Shown here: positions 28,171 through 37,127 of the stretch, piece after piece
Position numbering within the stretch: the stretch's first letter is position 1
How the letters are laid out: every line of letters begins with the position of its first letter
DNA from: an uncultured bacterium
GTDB lineage: Bacteria > Chlamydiota > Chlamydiia > Chlamydiales > SM23-39
DNA length: 64,000 nt
Reading direction: 5' to 3'
Assembly (NCBI GenBank): GCA_964626905.1
Contig: CAZVHA010000004.1
Coordinates: forward strand, 3,952 to 67,951
Notes under the pieces: model-generated
The model's database searches: none
What the model saw: only the letters and a program-made list of their open reading frames with translations
What the model was told of the DNA's origin: nothing
Position numbers and translations under genes: made by a program

Positions 28171-28931
28171 AGCCCCGATGCCACCAGCCAGTCGGCCCCT
28201 TTTTTGAAAATCTCTGGAGGAGTGCCGTGACCCATGTGACCAATCGAAGGGTAAATTTCAAGTTCCGCTCGGACGATTTTTCCTTTTTTCTCTTTTGTGA
28301 GCGCCATCACGAATTCAAAGCATTCTCTCGTCCCGACCCTTGTGTCGTCATTGCCGATGAAGAGTTTGATCTGTCGGTCGGAAAGGGCGCTTGCTAGGTG
28401 GACGAGATCGAGTCCATTCGCGGTTGCGTTTTCTTGCATGTCGCGAAATTCGCGGATCATCCGCAAAGCGGTGAGGGGAGCAAAACCGACAATCGATCGA
28501 AACCTCGGATCGATCGCAGCGACGTGGGCTGCGATAAAAGCGCCTCGAGAAAGGCCTGAGATGGCCATTTTTTCAGGGGTTACGAATTTTTCCCGAACTG
28601 CGAAGTCAATCCCCTTTTGAACATCCTCTAAAAAAGGGCGGACCCGATCGATCCCCCTTTCCATCTCCTCTGCCCAGACTCTCATCGCATCTTTGGCGGG
28701 CAAATCGTTTTCGTGTGCCGGGAGAGTCATCGAAAATACCCGGATCATTTTTCCTTGCAAGAACTGGACCGGCTGATTGAAAGGATCGAGGGTGAGACTA
28801 TCAGGGCCCGAAATGGCAAAATAAAAAAGGGTGGGGAGGGGGCCGAGATCGAGAGGAGGCCCTACGTGATAGAGAGTGACATCGGGCGCAACGTGGAGGG
28901 CGGAGCACCTGGTTTTCACGGGGGTTTTCAC
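28167..28931 (-). CDS. Alpha/beta hydrolase (dienelactone hydrolase/esterase-like)
   Basis: Nucleophile elbow ISGLSRGA with C-terminal GHMGHG. 4-nt overlaps with both neighbours. Confidence 0.65.
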   Translation of the reverse strand: MKTPVKTRCSALHVAPDVTLYHVGPPLDLGPLPTLFYFAISGPDSLTLDPFNQPVQFLQGKMIRVFSMTLPAHENDLPAKDAMRVWAEEMERGIDRVRPFLEDVQKGIDFAVREKFVTPEKMAISGLSRGAFIAAHVAAIDPRFRSIVGFAPLTALRMIREFRDMQENATANGLDLVHLASALSDRQIKLFIGNDDTRVGTRECFEFVMALTKEKKGKIVRAELEIYPSIGHMGHGTPPEIFKKGADWLVASGL

Positions 28932-30178
28932 TGAGGTGCATCCCTTGTTCGGCGCCGCCTCCGTCTTCTTTTTCGGGCATGAGTCGTCGGTTCAGCGCTG
29001 CTGCCGCTCTCTTGGACAAATGAGGCCTCTGTCCAGACGGTGTAATTGGGCAAAAGGGCGCTATTTTGCGCGGCGCGCAGTTTGAGCAAATAGAGGGCCA
29101 TGGGAAAAAGGGGGTCTTTGGAAGGGCGAAGGCGCCTGGGAGGCCCATCCAGTGGGATCAGGCGGAATTGAGAGGCGAGGACAAAGCCCATGATTCCGCG
29201 CATTCTTCGAGGGATGCTGAAAAAGGGGTTGAAGACAAAATCGATCGTCCGGTGGGCCATTTCGGCAATTTGACCCAGATGTGGTGGCCTCTCCTCTTTT
29301 TTGGTTCGCTCTTTGACAAATGCTTCAAATAGCGGGAAAATCAGCACGCTGAGTAGGAGTGAGCGGTCGAGCGCCCCATTTTTTTTCACAGTATCGTCGA
29401 TCACTTCCAAAAGCTGCAGCGTCTCGTTATTCGGAGCTCCTAGGTGATTTGAAAGGGGAGGGGAGAGCGGTTTTAATAGCCCGTATTCGTTGAGAAGGTG
29501 GAAAAACGGCTTTGAGGCCCCCGATTCGAGCATTCGCAAGAGCTCTTCAAAAATACGGCTCGGCGAACTTTTTAAAATTTCTCCTTTGCAGTTCAAAAGG
29601 GCTTCCAAAGTGGGGCGATCAATTTCAAAATTGAACCGCGCGCAAAATTTGATCAGCCGGATCATTCGGACAGGATCTTGGATGAAGCGGACATCGGGTT
29701 TGCCGATCGCGCGCAAAACCCGCCGATCTATGTCCAGATAACCCTCGACATAATCGATCACCTTTTGGCTCTCCGGATCGTAAAAGAGGCCGTTGATCGT
29801 AAAATCCCTTCGCAAAACGTCTTGCTCTTCTGTCCCCCACTCATTGTCCCGGACAATGAGCCCCGCCTCTTCGGTCGCCCCCGCCCGAAACGTGGAGACC
29901 TCAATGACCTTTTTCCCAAAACGGATGTGGGCAAGGCGAAAACGGCGCCCAATCAAAATGGCATTCCGAAATAGCGCCTTCACCTCCTCGGGCCTCGCCG
30001 AAGTGGAAACGTCAAAATCCTTCGGCTTTTGCTTGAGGAGCAAATCGCGCACCCCCCCGCCAACCAAATAGGCGGTATGACCCGCTTGTCTCAGCTTTTG
30101 GATCACGTAGAAAGCGTGAGTATCTATTTGATCTGGAGCGATTTGGTGCTCTTGAACAGGATATATTTTTGGTTGCAA
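28928..30178 (-). CDS. pcnB: Poly(A) polymerase / tRNA nucleotidyltransferase family protein (PcnB-like)
   Basis: LVGGGVRDLLL..PKDFDV, RDFTINGL and an Arg-rich C-terminal tail. Confidence 0.8.
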   Translation of the reverse strand: MQPKIYPVQEHQIAPDQIDTHAFYVIQKLRQAGHTAYLVGGGVRDLLLKQKPKDFDVSTSARPEEVKALFRNAILIGRRFRLAHIRFGKKVIEVSTFRAGATEEAGLIVRDNEWGTEEQDVLRRDFTINGLFYDPESQKVIDYVEGYLDIDRRVLRAIGKPDVRFIQDPVRMIRLIKFCARFNFEIDRPTLEALLNCKGEILKSSPSRIFEELLRMLESGASKPFFHLLNEYGLLKPLSPPLSNHLGAPNNETLQLLEVIDDTVKKNGALDRSLLLSVLIFPLFEAFVKERTKKEERPPHLGQIAEMAHRTIDFVFNPFFSIPRRMRGIMGFVLASQFRLIPLDGPPRRLRPSKDPLFPMALYLLKLRAAQNSALLPNYTVWTEASFVQESGSSAEPTTHARKRRRRRRRTRDAPQ

Positions 30179-30270
30179 CTTTCTCCACTCTAAAACCTCG
30201 CAGACTATAGGATCACTCTTAAATAGTCAATCCTATTCACAAAATAGGGGGGCTAGTGTATGGGGAGGGT

Positions 30271-30900
30271 ATGGAGTTGAGAAAGTTCCTTCTATGGGCC
30301 ACTCTTGGCATTGCCATTGCCGTTTTTAGTGGGGCCGCTGTTTTTCAAGAGGTTCGAAGGGCCACTCCGCTTGCAATGAATATGCAAGGGTTTCCGACGA
30401 TGGGGCCATCCACCGCTCCAATAGAAGTGGTTTTGATTGAGGATTTTCAGTGCAGAAACTGCAGGGCATTTAGCCACAAAGTGCTCCCCCAGCTCCAAAA
30501 ACAGTATGTGAAGGGGGGGAAGGTCCGTTTTATTCTCGTGCCGGTCTCCTTTTTAGCGGGCTCCCAACTGATTGCGAATGCGGTTTTAGAGGTATATGTG
30601 CAAAATCCAAAGGCCTTTTTCCCCTATTTGAAAGAGGTGCTCGCCTTCGAAGGGGATCTCAGAATAGCGGATCTGATGAGACTTGCTCGGAGGGTCAACG
30701 GAATCAACTTGGCCAAGTTGCAAAGCTGTATTGAAAAAGGGTGTCATCAACCGGAGCTGCAAAAAAATCTCTCTTGGGCGCAAGGAGTGATGGGGAGTCA
30801 ATTTCGGACTCCAGCCCTCTACGTCAATGGCAATGTCGGTTCCACCTATTCATTTGAGGCAATTCAATATCAAATCGATTCGGTTTTGGGGAAACAATGA
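30271..30900 (+). CDS. dsbA: DsbA-family thiol:disulfide oxidoreductase
   Basis: ATG 30271 with a ggaggg SD. Signal/TM segment, then FQCRNCRAF (CxxC) in a thioredoxin-like context. Confidence 0.7.
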   Translation: MELRKFLLWATLGIAIAVFSGAAVFQEVRRATPLAMNMQGFPTMGPSTAPIEVVLIEDFQCRNCRAFSHKVLPQLQKQYVKGGKVRFILVPVSFLAGSQLIANAVLEVYVQNPKAFFPYLKEVLAFEGDLRIADLMRLARRVNGINLAKLQSCIEKGCHQPELQKNLSWAQGVMGSQFRTPALYVNGNVGSTYSFEAIQYQIDSVLGKQ

Positions 30901-31280
30901 AATGGGTGATCGCAAATCGGCTCTATATCGCCTGGACGATTGCTCTCGTCTCCGTTTTAGGAAGCCTCTATTTTGGCGAAGTGCTCCGCTTTGAGCCTTG
31001 CCGCCTTTGCTGGTATCAAAGAATTGCTATGTTCCCACTCGTTCTTTTTTTAGGGGTTGCCTTTTACAAAAATGAGTCGAAAGTGGCCCGCTATTGCTTG
31101 CCCTTGGTTTTTTTGGGCGCGCTTTTGGCCCTCTATCAATCGGCAAGCGCCCTCTTCCCAAGCATCCAACTCACAGCTTTTTGCAGCGAGTCATCCCCCT
31201 GTACAAGCATGGGATTTGCCCCCTACTTGAGCCTGATCGCCTTCTCTTCGATCGGTACTCTCATTTTCAAGGATTATTAA
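30897..31280 (+). CDS. dsbB: Disulfide bond formation protein B (BdbC-type)
   Basis: ATGA overlap with dsbA. CRLCWYQR motif, four TM segments and a second Cys pair (CSESSPC). The last codon and stop are contributed by the inserted MITE. Confidence 0.75.
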   Translation: MKWVIANRLYIAWTIALVSVLGSLYFGEVLRFEPCRLCWYQRIAMFPLVLFLGVAFYKNESKVARYCLPLVFLGALLALYQSASALFPSIQLTAFCSESSPCTSMGFAPYLSLIAFSSIGTLIFKDY

Positions 31281-31484
31281 CCCGGCAGGCAAATAGGTAA
31301 CAACTAGCTTGCTGCGGCCTTCTCATATCAATCCTCCTCGGGGGCCAATAGTTTTACTATTGACCCCGCTCGGTCGGACCGCTGCGCTTTGATCTGACTT
31401 TCACACCCCTTCCGACGAAGCGTCGTTGAGGACCCCGTGTTGCCTCGCTGGCGCTATTTGTCACCTATTTGCATGCCGGGTTAA
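31277..31484. mobile_element. MITE, 208 bp, with terminal inverted repeats and a TA target duplication
   Basis: The left end ttaacccggcaggcaaataggtaacaactagc matches the reverse complement of the right end (ttaacccggcatgcaaataggtgacaaatagc): 21/22 over the terminal 22 bp and about 29/32 overall. TA lies at 31275-31276 and 31485-31486. Removing the element restores a TAG stop for dsbB. Confidence 0.7.
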
Positions 31485-32652
31485 TAGCTTCTGAGTCATC
31501 AGCGATATGGTACCAATTTTCTGCTCTGATTGAATCTGTCATCTTCGTCGAATGTTTATTCAGACTGACAAGAGTCGCTTTTCTCGGCTTTAAATCTTTT
31601 GCAACCTGTTTCAATGATTCAATATGTTGCGAACCGGGTTCTTTAGTCCACTTGATTTCATAGAGATCTCTATAAATCCCCCAATCAATCACAAGATCTA
31701 CCTCTACCCCCCCTATACTCCTATAGAAATAGAGTTCAGGTCGCGGAGCCAATAAAGAGATCCGCTTGAGCGCTTCGATAATGACCATGTTTTCAAAAAT
31801 ATGACCAATAAATGGTGAATTCACTAACTGCTCAGAGGTTCGGATCCCCAATAAATAGGTAAGCAATCCTACATCCACAAAATAAATTTTTGGAGATTTA
31901 ATAAATCGTTTTGTTCGATTAGAATAATATGGACGTAATAAATAGATGACATAGGTTGCTTCCAAAATCTCCAGCCATTCTTTGATTGTAGGTTGCGTTA
32001 AACCCATCTCCTTTGAAATTTCAGAAATATTCAACAACTGTCCCGAACGGGCGGCAAGAAGTTTTATAAATCTTTGAAAATTGGCGATCTGAATTGCCGG
32101 TCTTATGAGGCGAACATCCCGATTAATGTAAGTCATCAGGTAAGAATCGATCCAGCGCGATGCATCGACATTTGTCGTTACAATTTCAGGGAAAAATCCT
32201 GAACACATTCTTTCAATGAGCTCAGAGTAATCGGGCGATTTTGATGTGATTTCTTGCCAACTCAACGGATAAATCTCAAAAATTGCAATTCGACCAGCCA
32301 AAGATTCTGATACCCCTTTCATAAGAGGGAAAATTTGCGATCCAGTCAAAAGGAACTGCCCCATTTTTTTCCGGTCTTTATCGATAAGTAATTTAATGTG
32401 GCGCAAGATTTCGGGCGCATATTGGATTTCATCGACAATTAGGGGAGGCGGATGATTTTCAAAAAACAGAGCGGCATCCTCTTTGATTTGTTCTAAGTCA
32501 CTAAAGGAATCTAGAGTTGTGAAATGGTATTCGGGAACAACATGCTGAAGAAGCGTTGTCTTTCCCGCCTGGCGACACCCCGTGATCAATATCGATGGAA
32601 AAGTTTTGATCGCTTTCCTGAGGGGGGGAGCCACTGCCCTATCTATAAACAT
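31465..32652 (-). CDS. AAA+ ATPase (AAA_14-like) with a C-terminal DUF4143-like PD-(D/E)xK nuclease-fold domain
   Basis: Walker A GCRQAGKTTLL, Walker B LIVDEIQ, and C-terminal GGVEVDLVID...LYEIKW (D...ExK). The last 6 codons lie inside the MITE. Confidence 0.8.
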   Translation of the reverse strand: MFIDRAVAPPLRKAIKTFPSILITGCRQAGKTTLLQHVVPEYHFTTLDSFSDLEQIKEDAALFFENHPPPLIVDEIQYAPEILRHIKLLIDKDRKKMGQFLLTGSQIFPLMKGVSESLAGRIAIFEIYPLSWQEITSKSPDYSELIERMCSGFFPEIVTTNVDASRWIDSYLMTYINRDVRLIRPAIQIANFQRFIKLLAARSGQLLNISEISKEMGLTQPTIKEWLEILEATYVIYLLRPYYSNRTKRFIKSPKIYFVDVGLLTYLLGIRTSEQLVNSPFIGHIFENMVIIEALKRISLLAPRPELYFYRSIGGVEVDLVIDWGIYRDLYEIKWTKEPGSQHIESLKQVAKDLKPRKATLVSLNKHSTKMTDSIRAENWYHIADDSEAINPACK

Positions 32653-32765
32653 AAGGCCATTGTCGCAGATTTAAATGGATTTTTCAAGCTCCAGGTTTAT
32701 AAAATCCATTTCTTGTTGCAACTGGTTGATTTTTAGTTAGATGTGATTTTTAAGAGATCGAGTAC

Positions 32766-32832
32766 GGGGTTTGCCCACTACTTGAGCCTGATCGCTTTCT
32801 CTTCGATTGGCACTCTCATTTTCAAAGATTAG
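32766..32832 (+). pseudogene. Orphan duplicate of the dsbB 3' end
   Basis: About 60/66 nt identical to 31211-31276. Encodes GFAHYLSLIAFSSIGTLIFKD* versus GFAPYLSLIAFSSIGTLIFKDY* in the intact gene. Confidence 0.75.
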
Positions 32833-32845
32833 GAAGAACAAACTC

Positions 32846-33241
32846 TCAAGCTTTAGGATGAACTCGCTCCCAAATTGCCCAATAGGTCTCGCCATAATAG
32901 CGATTAGTCCTATCCAAGTAAAGAGCCACCGAAAGTGGAGTTGGCTTAGAGACTCCTATACCGCACATACGTAAAACTTTCTCTGGTGCTTCATCGGAAT
33001 TTTCATTTTTTCTCAGCCTTTCATAGATCTCTTTTAAACGATCGCGCCCGGAAAATGCACCAGAGTTCGAAAGTACCTTTACTATTTCACGAAGTCTTAG
33101 ATTTAGATTTTCCTCACTGTCAAATTTATATGCTCGTAGGGAGGATATCCGATTCCAAGCAAACTTTCCCTGCCACCTAGAAAGACCGGAAGTAAGTGGT
33201 TCAAGCATATCTTTAAGGGATGGATTGATAACTGCTGCCAT
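32846..33241 (-). CDS. Hypothetical protein
   Basis: 131-aa ORF in an AT-richer patch. No motif recognised. Confidence 0.4.
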   Translation of the reverse strand: MAAVINPSLKDMLEPLTSGLSRWQGKFAWNRISSLRAYKFDSEENLNLRLREIVKVLSNSGAFSGRDRLKEIYERLRKNENSDEAPEKVLRMCGIGVSKPTPLSVALYLDRTNRYYGETYWAIWERVHPKA

Positions 33242-33449
33242 TTTTAACTCCTCTGAATTATCCTTTTCTAACTTTTTGCTATTCAGTGCGGGCGGAAGTT
33301 GTACCAGATAGTTATTTTATACGCAAATGTTAAAAATTCAGGACGCCTGCAAAGTGGGGGCATAAACTAAAAAAAAAGAATCCATTTTGGAAAAAATAAA
33401 AAAAGAGTTACCCTCTTTCCTTTGAAAGATTTACAGGGATAAGTTTTAT

Positions 33450-34061
33450 ATGGCAAAGCTCTATTTTCGCCACGGAACGGTAGGCAGTGCAAAAACGCTC
33501 AACTTGCTTGCGGTTGCCCACAATTACCGGCAGCAGGGGAAGAAAATCATCCTCATGAAACCCGACCTCGACACCCGCTTTGGAAAAGAGCGGATCAAAT
33601 CGCGCGCGGGTCTTGAAATGGAGGCGGATCTTCTGATTGTCGATGAAAATTCTTTGAAAGGGGTCGACTATTCGGGGGTGAGCTGCATTTTAGTCGATGA
33701 GGTGCAATTTTTAATTGCGAAAGTGATCGATGAATTGAGGCGCATCGCTCTCGATTTTGACATTCCAGTTCTTTGTTATGGTCTTCGCACCGATTTCAAA
33801 TCGACTCTTTTTGAGGGGTCAAGAAGACTTTTGGAACTTGCCGATTCCATTGAGGAGGTGAAAGCCACTTGCCACTATTGCAATCGGAAATCGATTATGA
33901 ATTTAAAACATGTCAACGGACTTGCCACTTCGGAAGGCCCTTCAGTCGAGCTCGGTGCGGAAGAAAAATACTTCCCCACTTGCTACAAGTGCTATCGAAG
34001 AGAAATTGATAAGGCCAAAATTGCTAGACTCCGGGCGGCGAAAGAATTGAATCCTTGTTGA
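33450..34061 (+). CDS. tdk: Thymidine kinase
   Basis: HGTVGSAKT P-loop, VDEVQF, and C-terminal zinc ribbon CHYC...CYKC. Confidence 0.9.
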   Translation: MAKLYFRHGTVGSAKTLNLLAVAHNYRQQGKKIILMKPDLDTRFGKERIKSRAGLEMEADLLIVDENSLKGVDYSGVSCILVDEVQFLIAKVIDELRRIALDFDIPVLCYGLRTDFKSTLFEGSRRLLELADSIEEVKATCHYCNRKSIMNLKHVNGLATSEGPSVELGAEEKYFPTCYKCYRREIDKAKIARLRAAKELNPC

Positions 34062-34488
34062 GCTCGAAAAAAGCTTCCTTCCAGTAGTAGTGATCGAAAA
34101 GATTTTCTGCCGATTTGCCCAAAATCAGGTGGGCGATGTAGAGCGCTTCCACAGAGGAGAGGCCCCTCTCTGGATCGGGACAGTGGGTTTGGCGGCGCGG
34201 ATAGGCCGTTTTATAGATCGGCGGCAAGGAGCGCGCCTCCAATTTTTGCGGGAGCATTTTTTCCATCACTTGGGCCAGTCGCCAGGTGCCATCGATGAGA
34301 AAAAGGCCCCGGTTGCAATCGGCAACGCTCAAGGGGGGAGCGCCCACTTTGAGAAGAAGATATTGCGTAAGATCGGGCAAAGAGTCTTTCGGATAGGTGT
34401 AGAAGGCGAGATTGGGGTGGGTTTCTAACATTCGCAAGGAGCATTTCTTTAGATTTTCCCGTTGGTGGCGCAAGATGACTGTTTTCAT
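34024..34488 (-). CDS. DTW-domain protein (tRNA-uridine aminocarboxypropyltransferase-like)
   Basis: ATG 34488 overlaps the helicase stop (ATGA). Contains LIDGTWRLA (DxTW) and LSSVEALY. The longer ORF to 34905 is a frame artefact inside the helicase gene. Confidence 0.6.
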   Translation of the reverse strand: MKTVILRHQRENLKKCSLRMLETHPNLAFYTYPKDSLPDLTQYLLLKVGAPPLSVADCNRGLFLIDGTWRLAQVMEKMLPQKLEARSLPPIYKTAYPRRQTHCPDPERGLSSVEALYIAHLILGKSAENLFDHYYWKEAFFELNKDSILSPPGV

Positions 34489-36389
34489 AGGAAAATTTTC
34501 GCTTCGGTGACTTGGAGAAGTTTTTTGGGGATTTCGTAGAGAAAGCGAGAAGGGGTTGTCGGGTGGACTTTTCCCATCTTCATTCGGGTTCTCGCCATAC
34601 TTAAAATGAGCTGTTTTTGCGCCCGGGTGATCCCGACGTAAAAGAGGCGCCTTTCCTCTTCGAGTCCCGTTTCGACCATGCTCTTTTCGTGCGGCAAAAT
34701 CCCATCTTCTAAACAGGCGAGCATGCAGATCGGAAATTCGAGTCCCTTCGCGCTGTGGAGCGTCATCAGGTGCACTTTGTTGTCGGAAAAAGATTGTTCT
34801 ACTTGCACTTTCGATCGATTCAAAGTGGAATTGGCGATAAAATCTTGAAGCGTCTCTCCTTTCGCTTCGGCGAGTGCATTGATGCACTCTTGCACGTTTT
34901 CCCATTTGAAAAGGCGCATTTTTTCCGATTTTACCTCCTCCTCAATGGCTTTTTTGTAGTTGATCTTTTCAATGAGCCACGCGAGAGCCTCATGGGAGGG
35001 CGACGTTTCAAAGCGGAGAGTGGCCTCTTCGATGAGCTCAGTAAAGGCGCGCACCGCTTTTTTCTCCTCTTTTTTTAAAAGTTCCCAAAGGGAAATTTTT
35101 TCGGAGCGGTTTTTTTGCGTCAGCTGGTCGAGATAGGCGTCGGAAATGCCCCTTCTCGGGACATTGATGATCCTCAAAAGGGCCTCTTGATCGAGCGGAT
35201 TGGCGATGACGCGCATGTAGGCAAATAGATCTTTGATCTCGGCCCTTTCTGAAAATTCGAGCCCTCCAAAAATCTCATAGGGAATTCCCCGCATCCACTT
35301 CCCTTCCCTATTTTGCCAAGAGGCTTGCATCAATTGCACTTCAAATTGTCTCGAAAGGGCATTGGATCGGTAGAGGATCGCCATGTCGCGCCATTCAAAC
35401 CCTTCCGTTTTGTAGCGGATAAGCCTTTGAACGATCGCCGCGGCCTCATCGACATCGGTCGGCGCGTTGAAAATTTCAATCGGCGTAAATTGGTTTGATG
35501 CGCTCCAAAGGCTTTTCGCATGACGCGTTCGGTTGTTTTTGATCACCGCATTGGCCGCCTCGAGAATGGTCGGAGTCGAACGGTAATTTTGCTCCAGCTT
35601 GATCACCTGATCAGCCCGAAATTGCAAAATGTTTTTCACGTCGGCCCCGCGCCAACCGTAAATCGATTGATCGTCATCGCCCACAACAAAAAGGTTTTGA
35701 TACTTTTTTGCGAGAAGTTCTGCCAGCCGAAATTGCGCCGGATTTGTATCTTGATATTCGTCGATCATCACATATTGGAATCGATCCTGCACCTTTTCGA
35801 GCACCTTTGGATGCTCTTCAAATAGCCGAATGGTCAAAGAAATAAGACTGTCAAAACTGACCGCGTTGTAAGCTCTCAAGGAGGACTGGAGGCGCAAATA
35901 GAGATTCTTGGAAAAGGTGTCGTGCCAGGTGGTGTTGTCCCCTTCTGAAAGGCCCTGATTGGCCGCATCTGCCAAGGCGGCCCGTGTCGGGGCGAGCGAC
36001 GGCAACGGCCCCTCATGGCCCAGCATTTCGCGGGTCAGCTGCTGGATCAGCCGCTCAATATCCCTCTCGTCGTAGAGGCTAAACTCCCGGGTGAACCCCA
36101 GTTTTTCGATCTCTTTGCGCAAAATTTGCATGCAAAAACTGTGGAATGTAGAGAGAGTGACCCGCTTGCCCACCTCCCGGGTCAGCCCCACCACTCGATG
36201 ACGCATTTCGGCTGCCGCCTTATTGGTAAAGGTGAGCCCTAAAATCGCCTCGGGTTCCACCCCGAGGTCGAGCAGATGGGCAATCCGATGGACGATGACC
36301 CCAGTCTTGCCGCTCCCCGCCCCCGCGAGGACGAGGATCCGCCCTCGGATCGTCTCTACAGCTTTTTTTTGATTGGGGTTTAATTGCAT
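34485..36389 (-). CDS. ATP-dependent DNA helicase, UvrD/PcrA/Rep family
   Basis: LNPNQKKAV, AGAGSGKTGV, IDEYQDTN, GDDDQSIYGWRGA, TLHSAKGLEF and YVGITRA motifs. Confidence 0.9.
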   Translation of the reverse strand: MQLNPNQKKAVETIRGRILVLAGAGSGKTGVIVHRIAHLLDLGVEPEAILGLTFTNKAAAEMRHRVVGLTREVGKRVTLSTFHSFCMQILRKEIEKLGFTREFSLYDERDIERLIQQLTREMLGHEGPLPSLAPTRAALADAANQGLSEGDNTTWHDTFSKNLYLRLQSSLRAYNAVSFDSLISLTIRLFEEHPKVLEKVQDRFQYVMIDEYQDTNPAQFRLAELLAKKYQNLFVVGDDDQSIYGWRGADVKNILQFRADQVIKLEQNYRSTPTILEAANAVIKNNRTRHAKSLWSASNQFTPIEIFNAPTDVDEAAAIVQRLIRYKTEGFEWRDMAILYRSNALSRQFEVQLMQASWQNREGKWMRGIPYEIFGGLEFSERAEIKDLFAYMRVIANPLDQEALLRIINVPRRGISDAYLDQLTQKNRSEKISLWELLKKEEKKAVRAFTELIEEATLRFETSPSHEALAWLIEKINYKKAIEEEVKSEKMRLFKWENVQECINALAEAKGETLQDFIANSTLNRSKVQVEQSFSDNKVHLMTLHSAKGLEFPICMLACLEDGILPHEKSMVETGLEEERRLFYVGITRAQKQLILSMARTRMKMGKVHPTTPSRFLYEIPKKLLQVTEAKIFL

Positions 36390-36673
36390 TGGAGCAAAGA
36401 GACAATCTCGTCTCGGATCTGATTTATATTGGCCCCCTTCGCACACTGTCTTGGGATGACATTGAGCTCAAAGTCGGGGAGTCGGGGGTACGTTTGCCGG
36501 TAGGCCTCCCTCACGAGCCGCTTAAAGCGGTTGCGCTCAGGAGATGAGCCATAACGGGTCGGCGCACTGATCCCGAGTCGCCCCTTTTTCGCAGGGCGAT
36601 AGTCGAGGCAAAGGTAGCGACCTACAAGCCGCTTTCCCTCTTTGGCTACTTTGAAAAAATCGGACCTTTTCAA
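36380..36673 (-). CDS. rnpA: Ribonuclease P protein component
   Basis: FPKGSRLLKRSDFF and RNRFKRLVREAYR motifs. The conserved PKGSRL segment lies upstream of the first canonical start (TTG 36673), so the true start is unresolved somewhere in 36673-36711. Confidence 0.7.
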   Translation of the reverse strand: MKRSDFFKVAKEGKRLVGRYLCLDYRPAKKGRLGISAPTRYGSSPERNRFKRLVREAYRQTYPRLPDFELNVIPRQCAKGANINQIRDEIVSLLQCN

Positions 36674-36696
36674 TAAACGGCTCCCTTTGGGGAAAT

Positions 36697-36831
36697 TTAA
36701 GCGGCAAGGCGCTTCCGCCCCGCCCTGCGGCGTCGGTTGATCACTTTTCGCCCCGATTGGGTCTTCATTCGGGCCCGAAAGCCAAACTTCTTCTTTCTTC
36801 TCGTCTTGCTGGGTTGATAGGTTCTTTTCAT
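36697..36831 (-). CDS. rpmH: 50S ribosomal protein L34 (not in the ORF track)
   Basis: Hand translation: [44 protein letters not shown]. Lies immediately upstream of rnpA as in most bacteria. Confidence 0.9.
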   Translation of the reverse strand: MKRTYQPSKTRRKKKFGFRARMKTQSGRKVINRRRRAGRKRLAA

Positions 36832-36981
36832 AGTCCATCCGCATCTTTAAAAAATGATTTTGGACTGAGTTTATCCTAGGGGGACACTTATGTTCAAGCT
36901 TGAAGAGTTTTGCGGGCTGGCTCTTGAAGATAAATGTGCTTGTGGTGTATAACGATAGCCTTTGAAGATGAGGAAAAATAG

Positions 36982-37119
36982 ATGAAATTTAGAGCTTCTA
37001 TCAAAGCTGATCCTTCCAAAGGGGACATAGTCGTCCGCAGACGAGGAAGGGTTTACGTCATTAATAAAAAAGACCCCAACCGCAAGCAGCGCCAAAAAGG
37101 GCCTGCTCGTAAGAAATAA
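36982..37119 (+). CDS. rpmJ: 50S ribosomal protein L36, Cys-free form (not in the ORF track)
   Basis: Hand translation: [45 protein letters not shown]. An aggaaaaa purine-rich tract lies upstream. Confidence 0.85.
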   Translation: MKFRASIKADPSKGDIVVRRRGRVYVINKKDPNRKQRQKGPARKK

Positions 37120-37127
37120 GAGGAACA

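Noticed and set aside
28928-29000. Poly-Arg C-terminal tail (RKRRRRRRRTRD) of the PcnB-like protein as a possible nuclear-localisation-like signal
   Set aside because: Basic C-terminal tails are common in bacterial poly(A) polymerases, where they contribute to RNA binding. Nothing else suggests secretion.
34489-34905. N-terminal 139-aa Arg-rich extension of ORF 34024..34905
   Set aside because: It lies entirely antisense-frame inside the UvrD/PcrA helicase gene. The DTW-domain homology begins at ATG 34488, which forms an ATGA overlap with the helicase stop.
36674-36844. ATG 36844 as the rnpA start, as given by the ORF track
   Set aside because: It would translate the whole rpmH gene in another frame. 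A clean L34 ORF (36697..36831) occupies this space.
36924-36953. Candidate promoter TTGAAG-18-TATAAC upstream of rpmJ
   Set aside because: It is only a by-eye match with a suboptimal 18-nt spacer and has no supporting evidence, so it is not reported as a feature.
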